A DNA stretch of 28,084 bases from a virus (lineage: Duplodnaviria > Caudoviricetes): the IMG/VR virus record IMGVR_UViG_3300037991_004938, positions 1-28,084 of that record. One strand, 5' to 3'. Below, in pieces: positions 1-8,433 of the stretch. Within the stretch, counting starts at the first letter, position 1. Each line of letters begins with the position of its first letter. A program made the translations under genes and the position numbers. The notes beneath the pieces were generated by a model. The model saw only the letters and a program-made list of their open reading frames with translations, did not search any database and was not told where the DNA came from.

Positions 1-645
1 AATGGAAATGAAGATTTTCAAGGTGTAATGAAAGAGCTTAGACGTAAAGATCATCAAATTGAAAATCCTAGATTTATGATATTTGATATGATGCATAAGT
101 CAGAATTTGATGCTGGTAAAGGTAATACACCATTAACTGAAAGATTACGTATGTTAAGAGCTTGGCAAGGTGGTAGATTTACATGTGCTAAAACATTACA
201 ATATGTAGATCAAGTTCAAATAAATGATAATGACCATTTTGAGACATGGAATAAAATATCAGCTGAAAAAGGTTGGGAAGGTTTTATGTTACGTAAGAAT
301 GTAGGTTATGAAGGTAAACGTAGTAAAAACCTAGTTAAAGTTAAAAAGTTCCATGATGCTGAATATAAAGTAATTGATTATGATACCGATACAGCTGAGG
401 TAGTTAGAAATGGTAGATCAGAAACTATTGAAATGTTATCTCAAGTATGGATTGAACATAAAGGACATAAAGTAAAAGTAGGTAGTGGTTGGACTCAAGA
501 TCAACGTTTACAGTATATGGATGGTTCAATTGTAGGTAAAATTATTACAGTTCAATATTTTGAAGAAACTACTAACGATAAAGGTGGGATATCATTAAGA
601 TTTCCAACAGTTAAAGTAGTACATGGAGAAAAAAGAGAAGTATAA
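1..645 (+). CDS. lig: ATP-dependent DNA ligase, C-terminal part (5'-truncated by window edge)
   Basis: Frame is open from base 1 (NGNEDFQGV-MKELRRK), so ATG 28 is internal. Ligase motifs: IIIa FMIFD, IV EGFMLR, V LVKVK, OB-fold KVGSG, VI SLRFP. Confidence 0.93.
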   Translation, partial: NGNEDFQGVMKELRRKDHQIENPRFMIFDMMHKSEFDAGKGNTPLTERLRMLRAWQGGRFTCAKTLQYVDQVQINDNDHFETWNKISAEKGWEGFMLRKNVGYEGKRSKNLVKVKKFHDAEYKVIDYDTDTAEVVRNGRSETIEMLSQVWIEHKGHKVKVGSGWTQDQRLQYMDGSIVGKIITVQYFEETTNDKGGISLRFPTVKVVHGEKREV

Positions 646-666
646 TTATAATAAAATAAATTAAAA

Positions 667-1113
667 ATGAGTAAAAAGAAAAAACCAGAATATAAATTAA
701 ACCATGATACATTAGTTACCTTTGGGGAAGAAGCTTATACAATGCGTAAAGATGACCCACGTACAGAAGAAGCTATTAAAAAATCTAGGGAATTAAAAGA
801 AGCAAAACTTAGAGAAGGAATCGAAACAGGTGAATTATCAATGTTTGCAGGGTTAGATATGAGTGATAAAAGAGGAGAGAATGAAGATTTTGAAGAATAT
901 AAACTTAGAAGAACTACTAATAATAATTTAAGAAAAATTTATAGACAATTAGGACCTGAAGAATGTAAAAGACAATACCCAATGGGGTTTTATTATGCTA
1001 TACAACAGGCAGTTGTAGCTCATCAAAAAGAAACAATGGATAAAACAGCTAAAGCTACTATGACAAATGAAGATGGTTCAACAACAGAAATACCAATAAT
1101 AATTAAAGATTAA
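667..1113 (+). CDS. Hypothetical protein (148 aa, highly charged)
   Basis: Full ORF with A-rich leader and codon usage like its neighbours; no motif recognised. Confidence 0.8.
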   Translation: MSKKKKPEYKLNHDTLVTFGEEAYTMRKDDPRTEEAIKKSRELKEAKLREGIETGELSMFAGLDMSDKRGENEDFEEYKLRRTTNNNLRKIYRQLGPEECKRQYPMGFYYAIQQAVVAHQKETMDKTAKATMTNEDGSTTEIPIIIKD

Positions 1114-1117
1114 AATT

Positions 1118-1288
1118 ATGAGTAAAAATGAATGGAAAAAAAGCCCGGATCCCGTTACTATGGAAGAAATCAATAAGTTACATGATGAATGGTGGGCAAG
1201 TTTAACAGACGAGGATAAAGAAAAACTATATAATGAGATGACAGAATCTGAAATCGAATACTATAGTGAGAAAAAAGATAAAGAATAA
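1118..1288 (+). CDS. Small acidic hypothetical protein (56 aa), not in the ORF track
   Basis: ATG 1118 to TAA 1286-1288 reads MSKNEWKKSPDPVTMEEINKLHDEWWASLTDEDKEKLYNEMTESEIEYYSEKKDKE. Fills the gap between the previous stop and the tRNA; leader TAAAATT-ATG. Confidence 0.8.
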   Translation: MSKNEWKKSPDPVTMEEINKLHDEWWASLTDEDKEKLYNEMTESEIEYYSEKKDKE

Positions 1289-1296
1289 ATAATAAA

Positions 1297-1370
1297 GGGG
1301 AATTAGCTCAGCTGGCTAGAGCGCTACGCTTGCACCGTAGAGGTCATCGGTTCGACTCCGATATTCTCCA
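1297..1370 (+). tRNA. tRNA-Ala (anticodon UGC), CCA not encoded
   Basis: Acceptor GGGGAAT/ATTCTCC with the G3.U70 alanine identity pair; D arm GCTC/GAGC; anticodon arm CTACG-CTTGCAC-CGTAG (TGC at 1331-1333); T arm ATCGG-TTCGACT-CCGAT; discriminator A1370 followed by CTA. Confidence 0.98.
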
Positions 1371-1387
1371 CTAACTTATACCTAAAT

Positions 1388-1855
1388 ATGTTAAAAATGA
1401 AGATAAAGGATATGTATAATAAGATGATTGATATGACTAACATATTTGGACTATTCGTCCCAGGAGAGGAACTTGATGGTACTAAAACTGCTACAAATTT
1501 AGATAAATTAAAAACTAAACCAATATTTCACATTGGTATGTACAAAAAATTAATTTTAAATCATTTAAATTTTAATACAAAAGTTTTAAGGTTTTTTCAA
1601 GAAACTAACCAAGAATTTGATATAGAAGATGTAAAACAAGCAGGTGAATATGTTGTATTTAATAGGGCTTGGTCATACATCGCTAATGTAAAATTAAAAA
1701 ATAAAGGATATATAGACGCAATTAAACATTACTCAGACGAAGATTTTCATAATACCCTTGATTTAGGAATTGAATTTTTTCAAAAAGATGAGTTATATGA
1801 AAGATGCGCTCACTTATTAAAAATCAAAAAGAAATCAATAAAATTACTAAAATAA
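1388..1855 (+). CDS. Hypothetical protein; true start possibly ATG 1424; C-terminal UVR-like helix motif
   Basis: ORF track. C-terminal ELYERCAHLLKIK resembles the E-x-Y-E-x-A-A UVR helix. A promoter-like ATATGTATAA at 1410-1419 precedes in-frame ATG 1424. Confidence 0.75.
   Translation: MLKMKIKDMYNKMIDMTNIFGLFVPGEELDGTKTATNLDKLKTKPIFHIGMYKKLILNHLNFNTKVLRFFQETNQEFDIEDVKQAGEYVVFNRAWSYIANVKLKNKGYIDAIKHYSDEDFHNTLDLGIEFFQKDELYERCAHLLKIKKKSIKLLK
1410..1419 (+). promoter_or_regulatory. Putative late promoter variant ATATGTATAA
   Basis: One mismatch to the ATATTTATAA seen in three intergenic regions; 4 nt before in-frame ATG 1424. Confidence 0.4.
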
Positions 1856-1885
1856 CTTGGATACCTCAGATCTCTTTAATAAATT
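1851..1885 (+). promoter_or_regulatory. Putative host-RNAP promoter (AATAACTTGGA...TAAATT)
   Basis: The 11-mer AATAACTTGGA recurs exactly at 22962-22972. In both, TTG is followed 20 nt later by TAnATT, a spacing compatible with Bacteroidota -33/-7 or sigma70 -35/-10. Confidence 0.45.
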
Positions 1886-1978
1886 CTATATACAGGGAAT
1901 TAAGAAATGAGAGAATAAGGGATATAAGATAAAGGGGGTACAAAAAGTACCTATAATATTAATATAAATAAAATAAAA

Positions 1979-2173
1979 ATGGCACTACGCAACCCAGAAA
2001 CAATTGTCAGACTTACGGACAAGATCCAGGGCAATTTAACAAATCTAAAAACAATGGTAAAAACTCAACAACCAGTTGAAGATTTTATTAAAAGAATCGA
2101 AAATACAGAATCAGTATTAAGAGATTTAGAAACACAATTAGAAAGAGAACACGCAGCATTAAGAAACGGATAA
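1979..2173 (+). CDS. Small predicted coiled-coil protein (64 aa)
   Basis: ORF track; heptad-like L/I spacing; A-rich leader. Confidence 0.8.
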   Translation: MALRNPETIVRLTDKIQGNLTNLKTMVKTQQPVEDFIKRIENTESVLRDLETQLEREHAALRNG

Positions 2174-2189
2174 TACACAAATTAAAGTT

Positions 2190-2963
2190 ATGAGCATACC
2201 AGCAGAACAAATCTCATCAAATTGGGAAATATTTAAAGGGTATATTGTTAAATATATCAAAGGAGATAGAAAAGATCAATTACTTGAATTTTATAACAAA
2301 CATCAGAATGAATTAGTAATGATGCCTGCTTCACATAAGAAAGCGTATCATAATGCATTCCCTGGAGGATATATTGATCATGTTAACCGTGTTATAAAAT
2401 GTGCTTTAGAATTACATAATGTATGGGAAAAAATGGGGGCAGATACTACCACATATACTATAGAAGAACTAGTATTTGCTGCTATTAATCATGACTTAGG
2501 CAAAATGGGTGATGGTATTGAATATGCTCATATACCATCTAAAGATGAGTGGAGAAAGAAAAATATGGGTGAAATGTACCAATTTAATAAAAAGATAGCT
2601 TACATGTCAGTTCCAGATAGATCTATTTTCTTACTAACACAAGCAGGTATTAAATTAACTTATAATGAGCATTTAGCAATTAAACTGCATGATGGTTTAT
2701 ACGATCCAGCAAATGAACCTTATTTTAAAAGCTTTATGGTTGAAACAAAACCAAGAACTTCTTTAATTTATATCATACATCATGCTGATATGATGGCGGC
2801 AAGAGTTGAGTTTGAAAAAGAATGGTTACACACATTTAAGAATAGCGTGGATGAACCAAAAAAGAATTATACATTGAATTCAAATAAAAAATCTAGTACT
2901 AAGTCTAAAGCCTTAAATACTATAAAAAGCGAAGGACTTAAAAATTTATTTGATAAATTATGA
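2190..2963 (+). CDS. HD-domain metal-dependent phosphohydrolase (YhaM/CBF1-like HD domain, no OB fold)
   Basis: PAS..YHNAFPGGYIDH, AINHDLGK, IKLHDG and IHHADM match the H...HD...H...D arrangement and the YhaM-type PA..HHA..GG..H motif. Confidence 0.88.
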   Translation: MSIPAEQISSNWEIFKGYIVKYIKGDRKDQLLEFYNKHQNELVMMPASHKKAYHNAFPGGYIDHVNRVIKCALELHNVWEKMGADTTTYTIEELVFAAINHDLGKMGDGIEYAHIPSKDEWRKKNMGEMYQFNKKIAYMSVPDRSIFLLTQAGIKLTYNEHLAIKLHDGLYDPANEPYFKSFMVETKPRTSLIYIIHHADMMAARVEFEKEWLHTFKNSVDEPKKNYTLNSNKKSSTKSKALNTIKSEGLKNLFDKL

Positions 2964-3235
2964 TAACAGCAATAGTAATACTATCAATAATAGTCGTAGT
3001 CCTAGGATTTACGACTATTAATCTATTACGCAAAAATGAAAAACAAGAAGATATTCTTTTAGGATATCTTCAATATTTAGATAATATATCTAGAGTAATC
3101 GAGGTTTCGGATGAAAAAATTAAAAAAGTAGACATTAAGGGTTCATTTGAAGGTGATGATGAAATAGGATTTTTCTTCAAAACAATTAAACAAATACAAG
3201 ATATTCTTAATGATTTTAATGTTAAAAAAATCTAA
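2960..3235 (+). CDS. Small membrane-anchored protein (N-terminal TM helix)
   Basis: MITAIVILSIIVVVLGFTTINLL followed by RK; ATGA overlap with the HD gene. Confidence 0.8.
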   Translation: MITAIVILSIIVVVLGFTTINLLRKNEKQEDILLGYLQYLDNISRVIEVSDEKIKKVDIKGSFEGDDEIGFFFKTIKQIQDILNDFNVKKI

Positions 3236-3241
3236 GAATAA

Positions 3242-4060
3242 ATGGATCACATAATTGAGAGGAATAAAAGGGAAAGAAAAGGTAGAGTATATTTTTCTAA
3301 AGAAACAGAAGCAGCAATTGTAACATATAATAGCTTAGACCCAGTTAAAGACTCAGAAGAAAGAAGTAACATCTACCAAGATTACATCCACTATCCTTTT
3401 TATAAACTTACTCAAAATATAATTCACACTTTTAAATTTTACTATACAGAAGTAGAAAATTTAGAACATTTACAGCATGAATTAATGGTGTTTCTACTAT
3501 CAAAAATTCATTTATTTAAACCAGAAAAGGGAGCTAAAGCATATTCATATTTTGGAACTATAGTTAAAAGATGGTTAATAGTATATAATACTAAAAATTA
3601 TAGTAAAAAGATTAGTAACATACAAATAACAGATTTAGCAAATTATTCTAATTTAGATTCATCAGAACCAGGATTTATTTCATCTCAGAAAATGGAAGAT
3701 AACATGGATAAAGTTACAGAAGGGGCATTTGAAGGGGATGATTTATCACTTAAAGGATATAAATATGAAGATAAATTATCTATTTTTATAGATGAATTTG
3801 TTAACGAATGTGATGAGAAAATATACGAAATATTTCCTAAAGGTAATGATGCTAAAATTGCCGATGCTATATTAGAATTATTTAGAAAAAGGGATGCAAT
3901 TGATGTTTTTAATAAAAAAGCACTTTACATCTATATTAGAGAAATGATTGATGTAAAAACTCCAAAAATTACAAAAATTGCTAATGTTTTGTATGGAATT
4001 TTTAAGAAAAAATACTTATTTTATTTAGAACAAGGATATTACCCTTCCTCAAAGATTTAG
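3242..4060 (+). CDS. Phage RNA polymerase sigma factor, T4 gp55-like (late transcription)
   Basis: Region-2-like segment HELMVFLLSKIHLFKPEKGAKAYSYFGTIVKRWLI resembles sigma F-D-P-E-K/R...F/Y-x-Y...I. Lies directly before the structural block. Confidence 0.7.
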   Translation: MDHIIERNKRERKGRVYFSKETEAAIVTYNSLDPVKDSEERSNIYQDYIHYPFYKLTQNIIHTFKFYYTEVENLEHLQHELMVFLLSKIHLFKPEKGAKAYSYFGTIVKRWLIVYNTKNYSKKISNIQITDLANYSNLDSSEPGFISSQKMEDNMDKVTEGAFEGDDLSLKGYKYEDKLSIFIDEFVNECDEKIYEIFPKGNDAKIADAILELFRKRDAIDVFNKKALYIYIREMIDVKTPKITKIANVLYGIFKKKYLFYLEQGYYPSSKI

Positions 4061-4067
4061 TTTTTTT

Positions 4068-4077
4068 ATATTTATAA
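4068..4077 (+). promoter_or_regulatory. Putative late promoter ATATTTATAA
   Basis: Exact intergenic copies at 4068, 8060 and 22992; this copy lies 9 nt before ATG 4087. Confidence 0.6.
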
Positions 4078-4086
4078 TCAAAAATT

Positions 4087-4428
4087 ATGAGCAAACTAGA
4101 TTCAATTGTATTTGGTGATAAAAAATTCTCAGATATATTAGAGGAAATTTATATAAACCAAAAGAAAAAATCAGAACAAGTAACAGCTTTAATCTCTGAA
4201 TTAAAACCTTTAGTACAAGAAATAGGTGATGCTACTCTTATAGTACCTTTAATTAAAGAATATATGGAAATAGGAGTAAAAAATGATGATGCTTTAATAA
4301 AAATGGCTACTATTATTCAAAGAGTAGTTAATAATTCTAGTGATGATGGTGGGTTAGGAATAACTGAAGATGAAAAAGAAGCATTACTTGCTGAAATGGA
4401 AAAAATACAAACTAAAAAAGAAGATTAA
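4087..4428 (+). CDS. Hypothetical helical protein (113 aa), first gene of the late block
   Basis: ORF track; amphipathic helices; follows the late-promoter-like motif. Confidence 0.8.
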   Translation: MSKLDSIVFGDKKFSDILEEIYINQKKKSEQVTALISELKPLVQEIGDATLIVPLIKEYMEIGVKNDDALIKMATIIQRVVNNSSDDGGLGITEDEKEALLAEMEKIQTKKED

Positions 4429-4430
4429 TA

Positions 4431-5666
4431 ATGCGATCATTTTTTGGATTAAATGTAGCCCCATTTACTGGTAAAGCTGTACGGAATAAATCAGCGGGCA
4501 TTTTTTCTGCTAGAGTAAAATTTGCTATGCTTGAAGGAGAAACACAACCTGAAGCTTTTAAAAATTTAGGTGAATATTCATCCTTAGGGGGAGTGTTTTT
4601 TACTTCATTAAATAATTCAAATCCAAATCCTTCATTTACTACAGATAATTTTGCTTTACCTTTATTTCCAAATATGTCTAATATACCATTAGAAAATGAA
4701 ATAATATATGTTGTAAGTTTGCCTAGCTCAAATATACAAACAAATGTTAATAGTGTTCGTTTTTATTATTTTCAATCTATTAATATTTGGAATAGTTCAC
4801 ATCATAATGCAGTACCAGACCCTATTAATGGTAATAATGTAAATAACGCTCAAACTGGGGATTACCAACAAGTAGCAGCAGGGGCAGTAAGAAGAGTTAC
4901 AGATGGAGGTACTGAAATTCCTTTAGGAGATACTTTTGGAGAAAGATTAAATATTAGAAACTTACAACCTTATGAAGGAGATGTAATATACGAAGGAAGA
5001 TGGGGTCAATCTTTTAGATTTGGTTCTACTGTAGCAAATAGTATAATACCTAATCCTTGGTCTAGTGCTGGTGAAGATGGAGATCCTATAATGATATTAA
5101 AAAATGGACAACATGTAGAATTTTCTCCACCTTGGATACCTCAAGTAGAAGATATTAATACAGATGCTTCTAGTATTTATTTAACATCAACACAATTAAT
5201 TCCAATTGAAGTATCTTCAAAGAGTTATTTATCATACTTTTCACCTCCAACTCCTCCTAGTGAATATAATGGAGAACAAATTATACTAAACTCAGGTAGA
5301 TTGTTATTAAATTCTAAATCAGATTCAATATTATTAAGTTCTTTTAATTCAATAAATTTAAATTCAGTAACAGATGTTAATATTGATACTAAATCAACAA
5401 CAATTAAATCAGATAAAATTCGTTTAGGTGATAAAAATGCAAGTGAACCTGTTATATTAGGTAATAAATTTTTAGATGATTTTGAAGAATTAGTAAGAAA
5501 TATAAATTCATTAGCTACAGCCTTACAACAACCAATAGGAGGACCTGGTAACATTTCTGTACCAGTAATAGCTATTACAGTACCAGCAGTGCAAGTAGCA
5601 CAATCAGCAGGTAAAATGTTAAGTAAAATTAAATCATATAAATCAACAGTAACAAATAGCAAATAA
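4431..5666 (+). CDS. Baseplate central spike / hub protein (T4 gp5 / P2 gpV-like, no lysozyme domain seen)
   Basis: OB-fold-like ARVKF...IPLENEIIYV; GDVIYEGRWGQSFRFGST; C-terminal short beta-strand repeats (QIILNSGRLLLNSKSDSILLSS..INLNS..VNIDT..IRLG..ASEPVILG); upstream of gp25/gp6-like genes. Confidence 0.65.
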   Translation: MRSFFGLNVAPFTGKAVRNKSAGIFSARVKFAMLEGETQPEAFKNLGEYSSLGGVFFTSLNNSNPNPSFTTDNFALPLFPNMSNIPLENEIIYVVSLPSSNIQTNVNSVRFYYFQSINIWNSSHHNAVPDPINGNNVNNAQTGDYQQVAAGAVRRVTDGGTEIPLGDTFGERLNIRNLQPYEGDVIYEGRWGQSFRFGSTVANSIIPNPWSSAGEDGDPIMILKNGQHVEFSPPWIPQVEDINTDASSIYLTSTQLIPIEVSSKSYLSYFSPPTPPSEYNGEQIILNSGRLLLNSKSDSILLSSFNSINLNSVTDVNIDTKSTTIKSDKIRLGDKNASEPVILGNKFLDDFEELVRNINSLATALQQPIGGPGNISVPVIAITVPAVQVAQSAGKMLSKIKSYKSTVTNSK

Positions 5667-8044
5667 TGGGTTTAGATACAGTAATAGTAAGAAATTTAAG
5701 TAAAGTTGCTAAAGATACTAGTAAACTAAATGGTATTATTGATGGTATAAAAGATAAAATAGTAGATAAAGGTTTAGAATTAGTTCAAGAATCAGGAATT
5801 GATACATCACAATTACCAGTTGATATACCTCAATATTTAAGAGGCGAATCTCCAAGATTACCTAGTGCAAATGAACTTACTAACCCAGAAACAGTTTGTA
5901 ATATGCCTGCTTTAACTCCCCAACAGCTAGAAAATACTACTAGATTAGTTAATCAAGCTCAAATTGAGGTAGAACAAATTTATGCTACTACAAATAGAAT
6001 AAAAGAAAATTTATTAGACATAAAAAAACCAGTTAATGTTATTAATAATACAGTTCAACCTCTAGAAACTACAATAAACGCAGTTGATACTGCTGTTAAG
6101 GGAATTAAAAAAATTCCTATACCCGTAGCATTTGGTATGCCTGCAATTTCTCTTCCTGTAAGTGTATTAACTACATTTTCATCAACATTAGATAGTTTAG
6201 ATAAATTAATAGGAGCAGCTAAACAAAATTTAAAAACTGTTCCTGCTACTTTAGAAAGTATGACTGGGTTAATTAATGGTACAATTACAAAATTAAATGC
6301 AGTAGAACAAACAATAGATCCATTTGTTAAAACTTTAACATTTGTTAAAACTGTAGTAGAATTAAGGCCAAGTTGTCCTGCAATAACTGGAGAGGATATT
6401 GAAAATGTTAGAAATGACTTATTAGATAATATACAAGGTAATCTAGCCACAGCAGATGCATTTAATAACCCTTTTGCCTTGGATGATGCTGGTTTAGAGG
6501 AATCATTACAAGAGAACTCAGACCCAGGTTTTATGTATAAAAATTTTAAATTTGTATTAGAATATGACCCAGATAATGAGTTTTTCTTTCCATCAAGAAG
6601 AATAAAATGTACTAGAAGAAATTCAACAGGGTTTATTGATAATAGAGCTGGTGGGGGATCTATTACAATTTACAATATAAATGCTCAAACAAATCCAAAT
6701 TTACCAGAGGGAGATTATTCATATAGTGGTGATTTAAGAGTATTAGTAGAAGAAGCAAAATTTGCAGTTGATACATATACTAGTGATATTACACTTTGGA
6801 GTGCACCACAAGTAAGAGAACAAGTAGCTGTTTCATCAAGTGTATTTATTGAAACAGATGATGAAGCTTATCTTCAAGCTTATGAAGAAGCAACAGGATT
6901 TTTACCATCATTACCTAATCAACCTCTCCCTGCTTATATTAGATATGGTACTACAATAGTAAATTTAAATAGTTCACCTACAGATATAGAATATGGGATA
7001 GATAGACTATATACTGGTTTTACATCACCAGATATTACATCTTATATACAATCAGGAACTATTCAAGTTAATAAACCTATAAGATTAAGATTAAAAACAT
7101 TTGGGGGTACAGGGGATCCTGCACAAGGATATGCAACAGGTTTTACAGAAGCCTTATTAACTATAAAAAGGTCTTTTAGTATACAAGATGATATAGATCC
7201 TTTTACAGGTAGAGTAGCAGGATTTAACCAAGATGCTATTGATGATTTTATAGAAGAATATGGCCCTCAAGCTATTACTATATTAGATAGTATATATGAA
7301 ACTATGTTTGAGATAACTAATGAATTTGAAGGAACTGGATTAGCCCAAAATGAAAGTGGAGTAGTATATTATGAGGGTACATTTTTTGATAGATTAGAAA
7401 GAGTATATGAAAGATTTGCAGATGGTAATGAGTATTTCCGTGATGCAGTTGAAATTTTATATACTAAAACTAAACCTATATTATATAATGAACCTTTACT
7501 TTGGTTATCTGAAAGACTATTTGGTACTAAAGATAATGTAAGAACTAATTTATTTGCTAATTATCTTAATGGTGATTATGGTGGTGTATATGCTTCTTTA
7601 GCTGCAATTGCAACTGAAGGTTCTAATTGGTTTAGAACAGCTAGAGCAAATTCTGTTGGTGAAGCTGTAGGAAGTGGTGAAAATATACTAGATAAAGCTG
7701 CTACTTTATCTATGACTTATTTAGCATTTCTTCAGTTTAAAGAAGAATATACTAAATTGTATGGTAATAGAACAGACTATAATAATGGAGCTTGGGTAGG
7801 AGCAGCATCTACTTTACCTATAATTCCCTCAACTGTAGGGGATGAAAATGATGATGTTGAAATATCTTTACAAGCAACACAATTAGTAGGGCGTAATGAA
7901 ACTAAAAATGAAGAAGTAGGTGCCTTAACTTTATTAGGAACCTATACCTATGATTTAGAAATAATCGACAGTTTACCTGCAGTTGGTGGTCCAGATACTG
8001 ACTATCCAACTAATTTTACACAACTTTTTATAGAAGTAATATAA
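5666..8044 (+). CDS. Putative virion protein (792 aa): helical N-terminus with hydrophobic hairpin, acidic C-terminal region
   Basis: TAATG-coupled to the spike gene; long amphipathic helices flank IPIPVAFGMPAISLPVSVL. Function not recognised. Confidence 0.6.
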   Translation: MGLDTVIVRNLSKVAKDTSKLNGIIDGIKDKIVDKGLELVQESGIDTSQLPVDIPQYLRGESPRLPSANELTNPETVCNMPALTPQQLENTTRLVNQAQIEVEQIYATTNRIKENLLDIKKPVNVINNTVQPLETTINAVDTAVKGIKKIPIPVAFGMPAISLPVSVLTTFSSTLDSLDKLIGAAKQNLKTVPATLESMTGLINGTITKLNAVEQTIDPFVKTLTFVKTVVELRPSCPAITGEDIENVRNDLLDNIQGNLATADAFNNPFALDDAGLEESLQENSDPGFMYKNFKFVLEYDPDNEFFFPSRRIKCTRRNSTGFIDNRAGGGSITIYNINAQTNPNLPEGDYSYSGDLRVLVEEAKFAVDTYTSDITLWSAPQVREQVAVSSSVFIETDDEAYLQAYEEATGFLPSLPNQPLPAYIRYGTTIVNLNSSPTDIEYGIDRLYTGFTSPDITSYIQSGTIQVNKPIRLRLKTFGGTGDPAQGYATGFTEALLTIKRSFSIQDDIDPFTGRVAGFNQDAIDDFIEEYGPQAITILDSIYETMFEITNEFEGTGLAQNESGVVYYEGTFFDRLERVYERFADGNEYFRDAVEILYTKTKPILYNEPLLWLSERLFGTKDNVRTNLFANYLNGDYGGVYASLAAIATEGSNWFRTARANSVGEAVGSGENILDKAATLSMTYLAFLQFKEEYTKLYGNRTDYNNGAWVGAASTLPIIPSTVGDENDDVEISLQATQLVGRNETKNEEVGALTLLGTYTYDLEIIDSLPAVGGPDTDYPTNFTQLFIEVI

Positions 8045-8059
8045 AAATAATTTAATTTA

Positions 8060-8072
8060 ATATTTATAAATA
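8060..8072 (+). promoter_or_regulatory. Putative late promoter ATATTTATAA within palindrome TATTTATAAATA
   Basis: Intergenic, motif ends 5 nt before ATG 8075; perfect 12-bp palindrome at 8061-8072, repeated at 22993-23004. Confidence 0.6.
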
Positions 8073-8074
8073 AA

Positions 8075-8428
8075 ATGAAGACATCAGCACTAAAAACACT
8101 AATAAAAGAAGCCGTTAAAGAGGCTATTCAAGAGGAATTGAAGGAAATTTTATTGGAAGCTGTTAAAACTCCAAAAGTTATAACTCAACCAACTTATACT
8201 CCTCCAATAACAGAAAGTAGTATACCAAAAGCTCCACAAACCCCTACAATGACTGCCGAAGCTAAAAGAGCAGCATATGAAAACATATTAGGGGATACAG
8301 CAGCTAGTTTTAATAGTAATAATGTTCAAACATTTAAACCTCAAGCGGGTATGGATGTAGCAAATGGTACTTTACCTCCAGGAGAAGTTGATATGAGTCA
8401 AATAACAAGTTTAATGTCTGGTAAATAA
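8075..8428 (+). CDS. Hypothetical virion-associated protein (117 aa) with repeated [L/I/V]-x-E N-terminal helix
   Basis: LKTLIKEAVKEAIQEELKEILLEAV followed by a Pro/Thr-rich linker. Confidence 0.75.
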   Translation: MKTSALKTLIKEAVKEAIQEELKEILLEAVKTPKVITQPTYTPPITESSIPKAPQTPTMTAEAKRAAYENILGDTAASFNSNNVQTFKPQAGMDVANGTLPPGEVDMSQITSLMSGK

Positions 8429-8433
8429 TAATA

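Noticed and set aside
1979-2173. ALRN tetrapeptide at both termini of the 64-aa protein
   Set aside because: Only 4 residues with different codons and no processing enzyme nearby; compatible with chance.
2190-2963. HD protein as DatZ (Z-genome dATPase)
   Set aside because: Motif pattern looks YhaM-like and no purZ/mazZ gene is present in the window.
2960-3235. Membrane protein as holin or spanin
   Set aside because: No endolysin or lipoprotein partner nearby; a single TM helix is insufficient evidence.
4032-4067. Rho-independent terminator after the sigma-like gene
   Set aside because: T-run at 4059-4067 region lacks an adjacent stable stem; the AAGG/CCTT pairing is weak and about 14 nt away.
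5225-5662. Minus-strand 145-aa ORF
   Set aside because: Entirely antisense to the spike gene; shadow ORF with no motif.
6055-6450. Minus-strand 131-aa ORF
   Set aside because: Antisense shadow inside the 792-aa gene.
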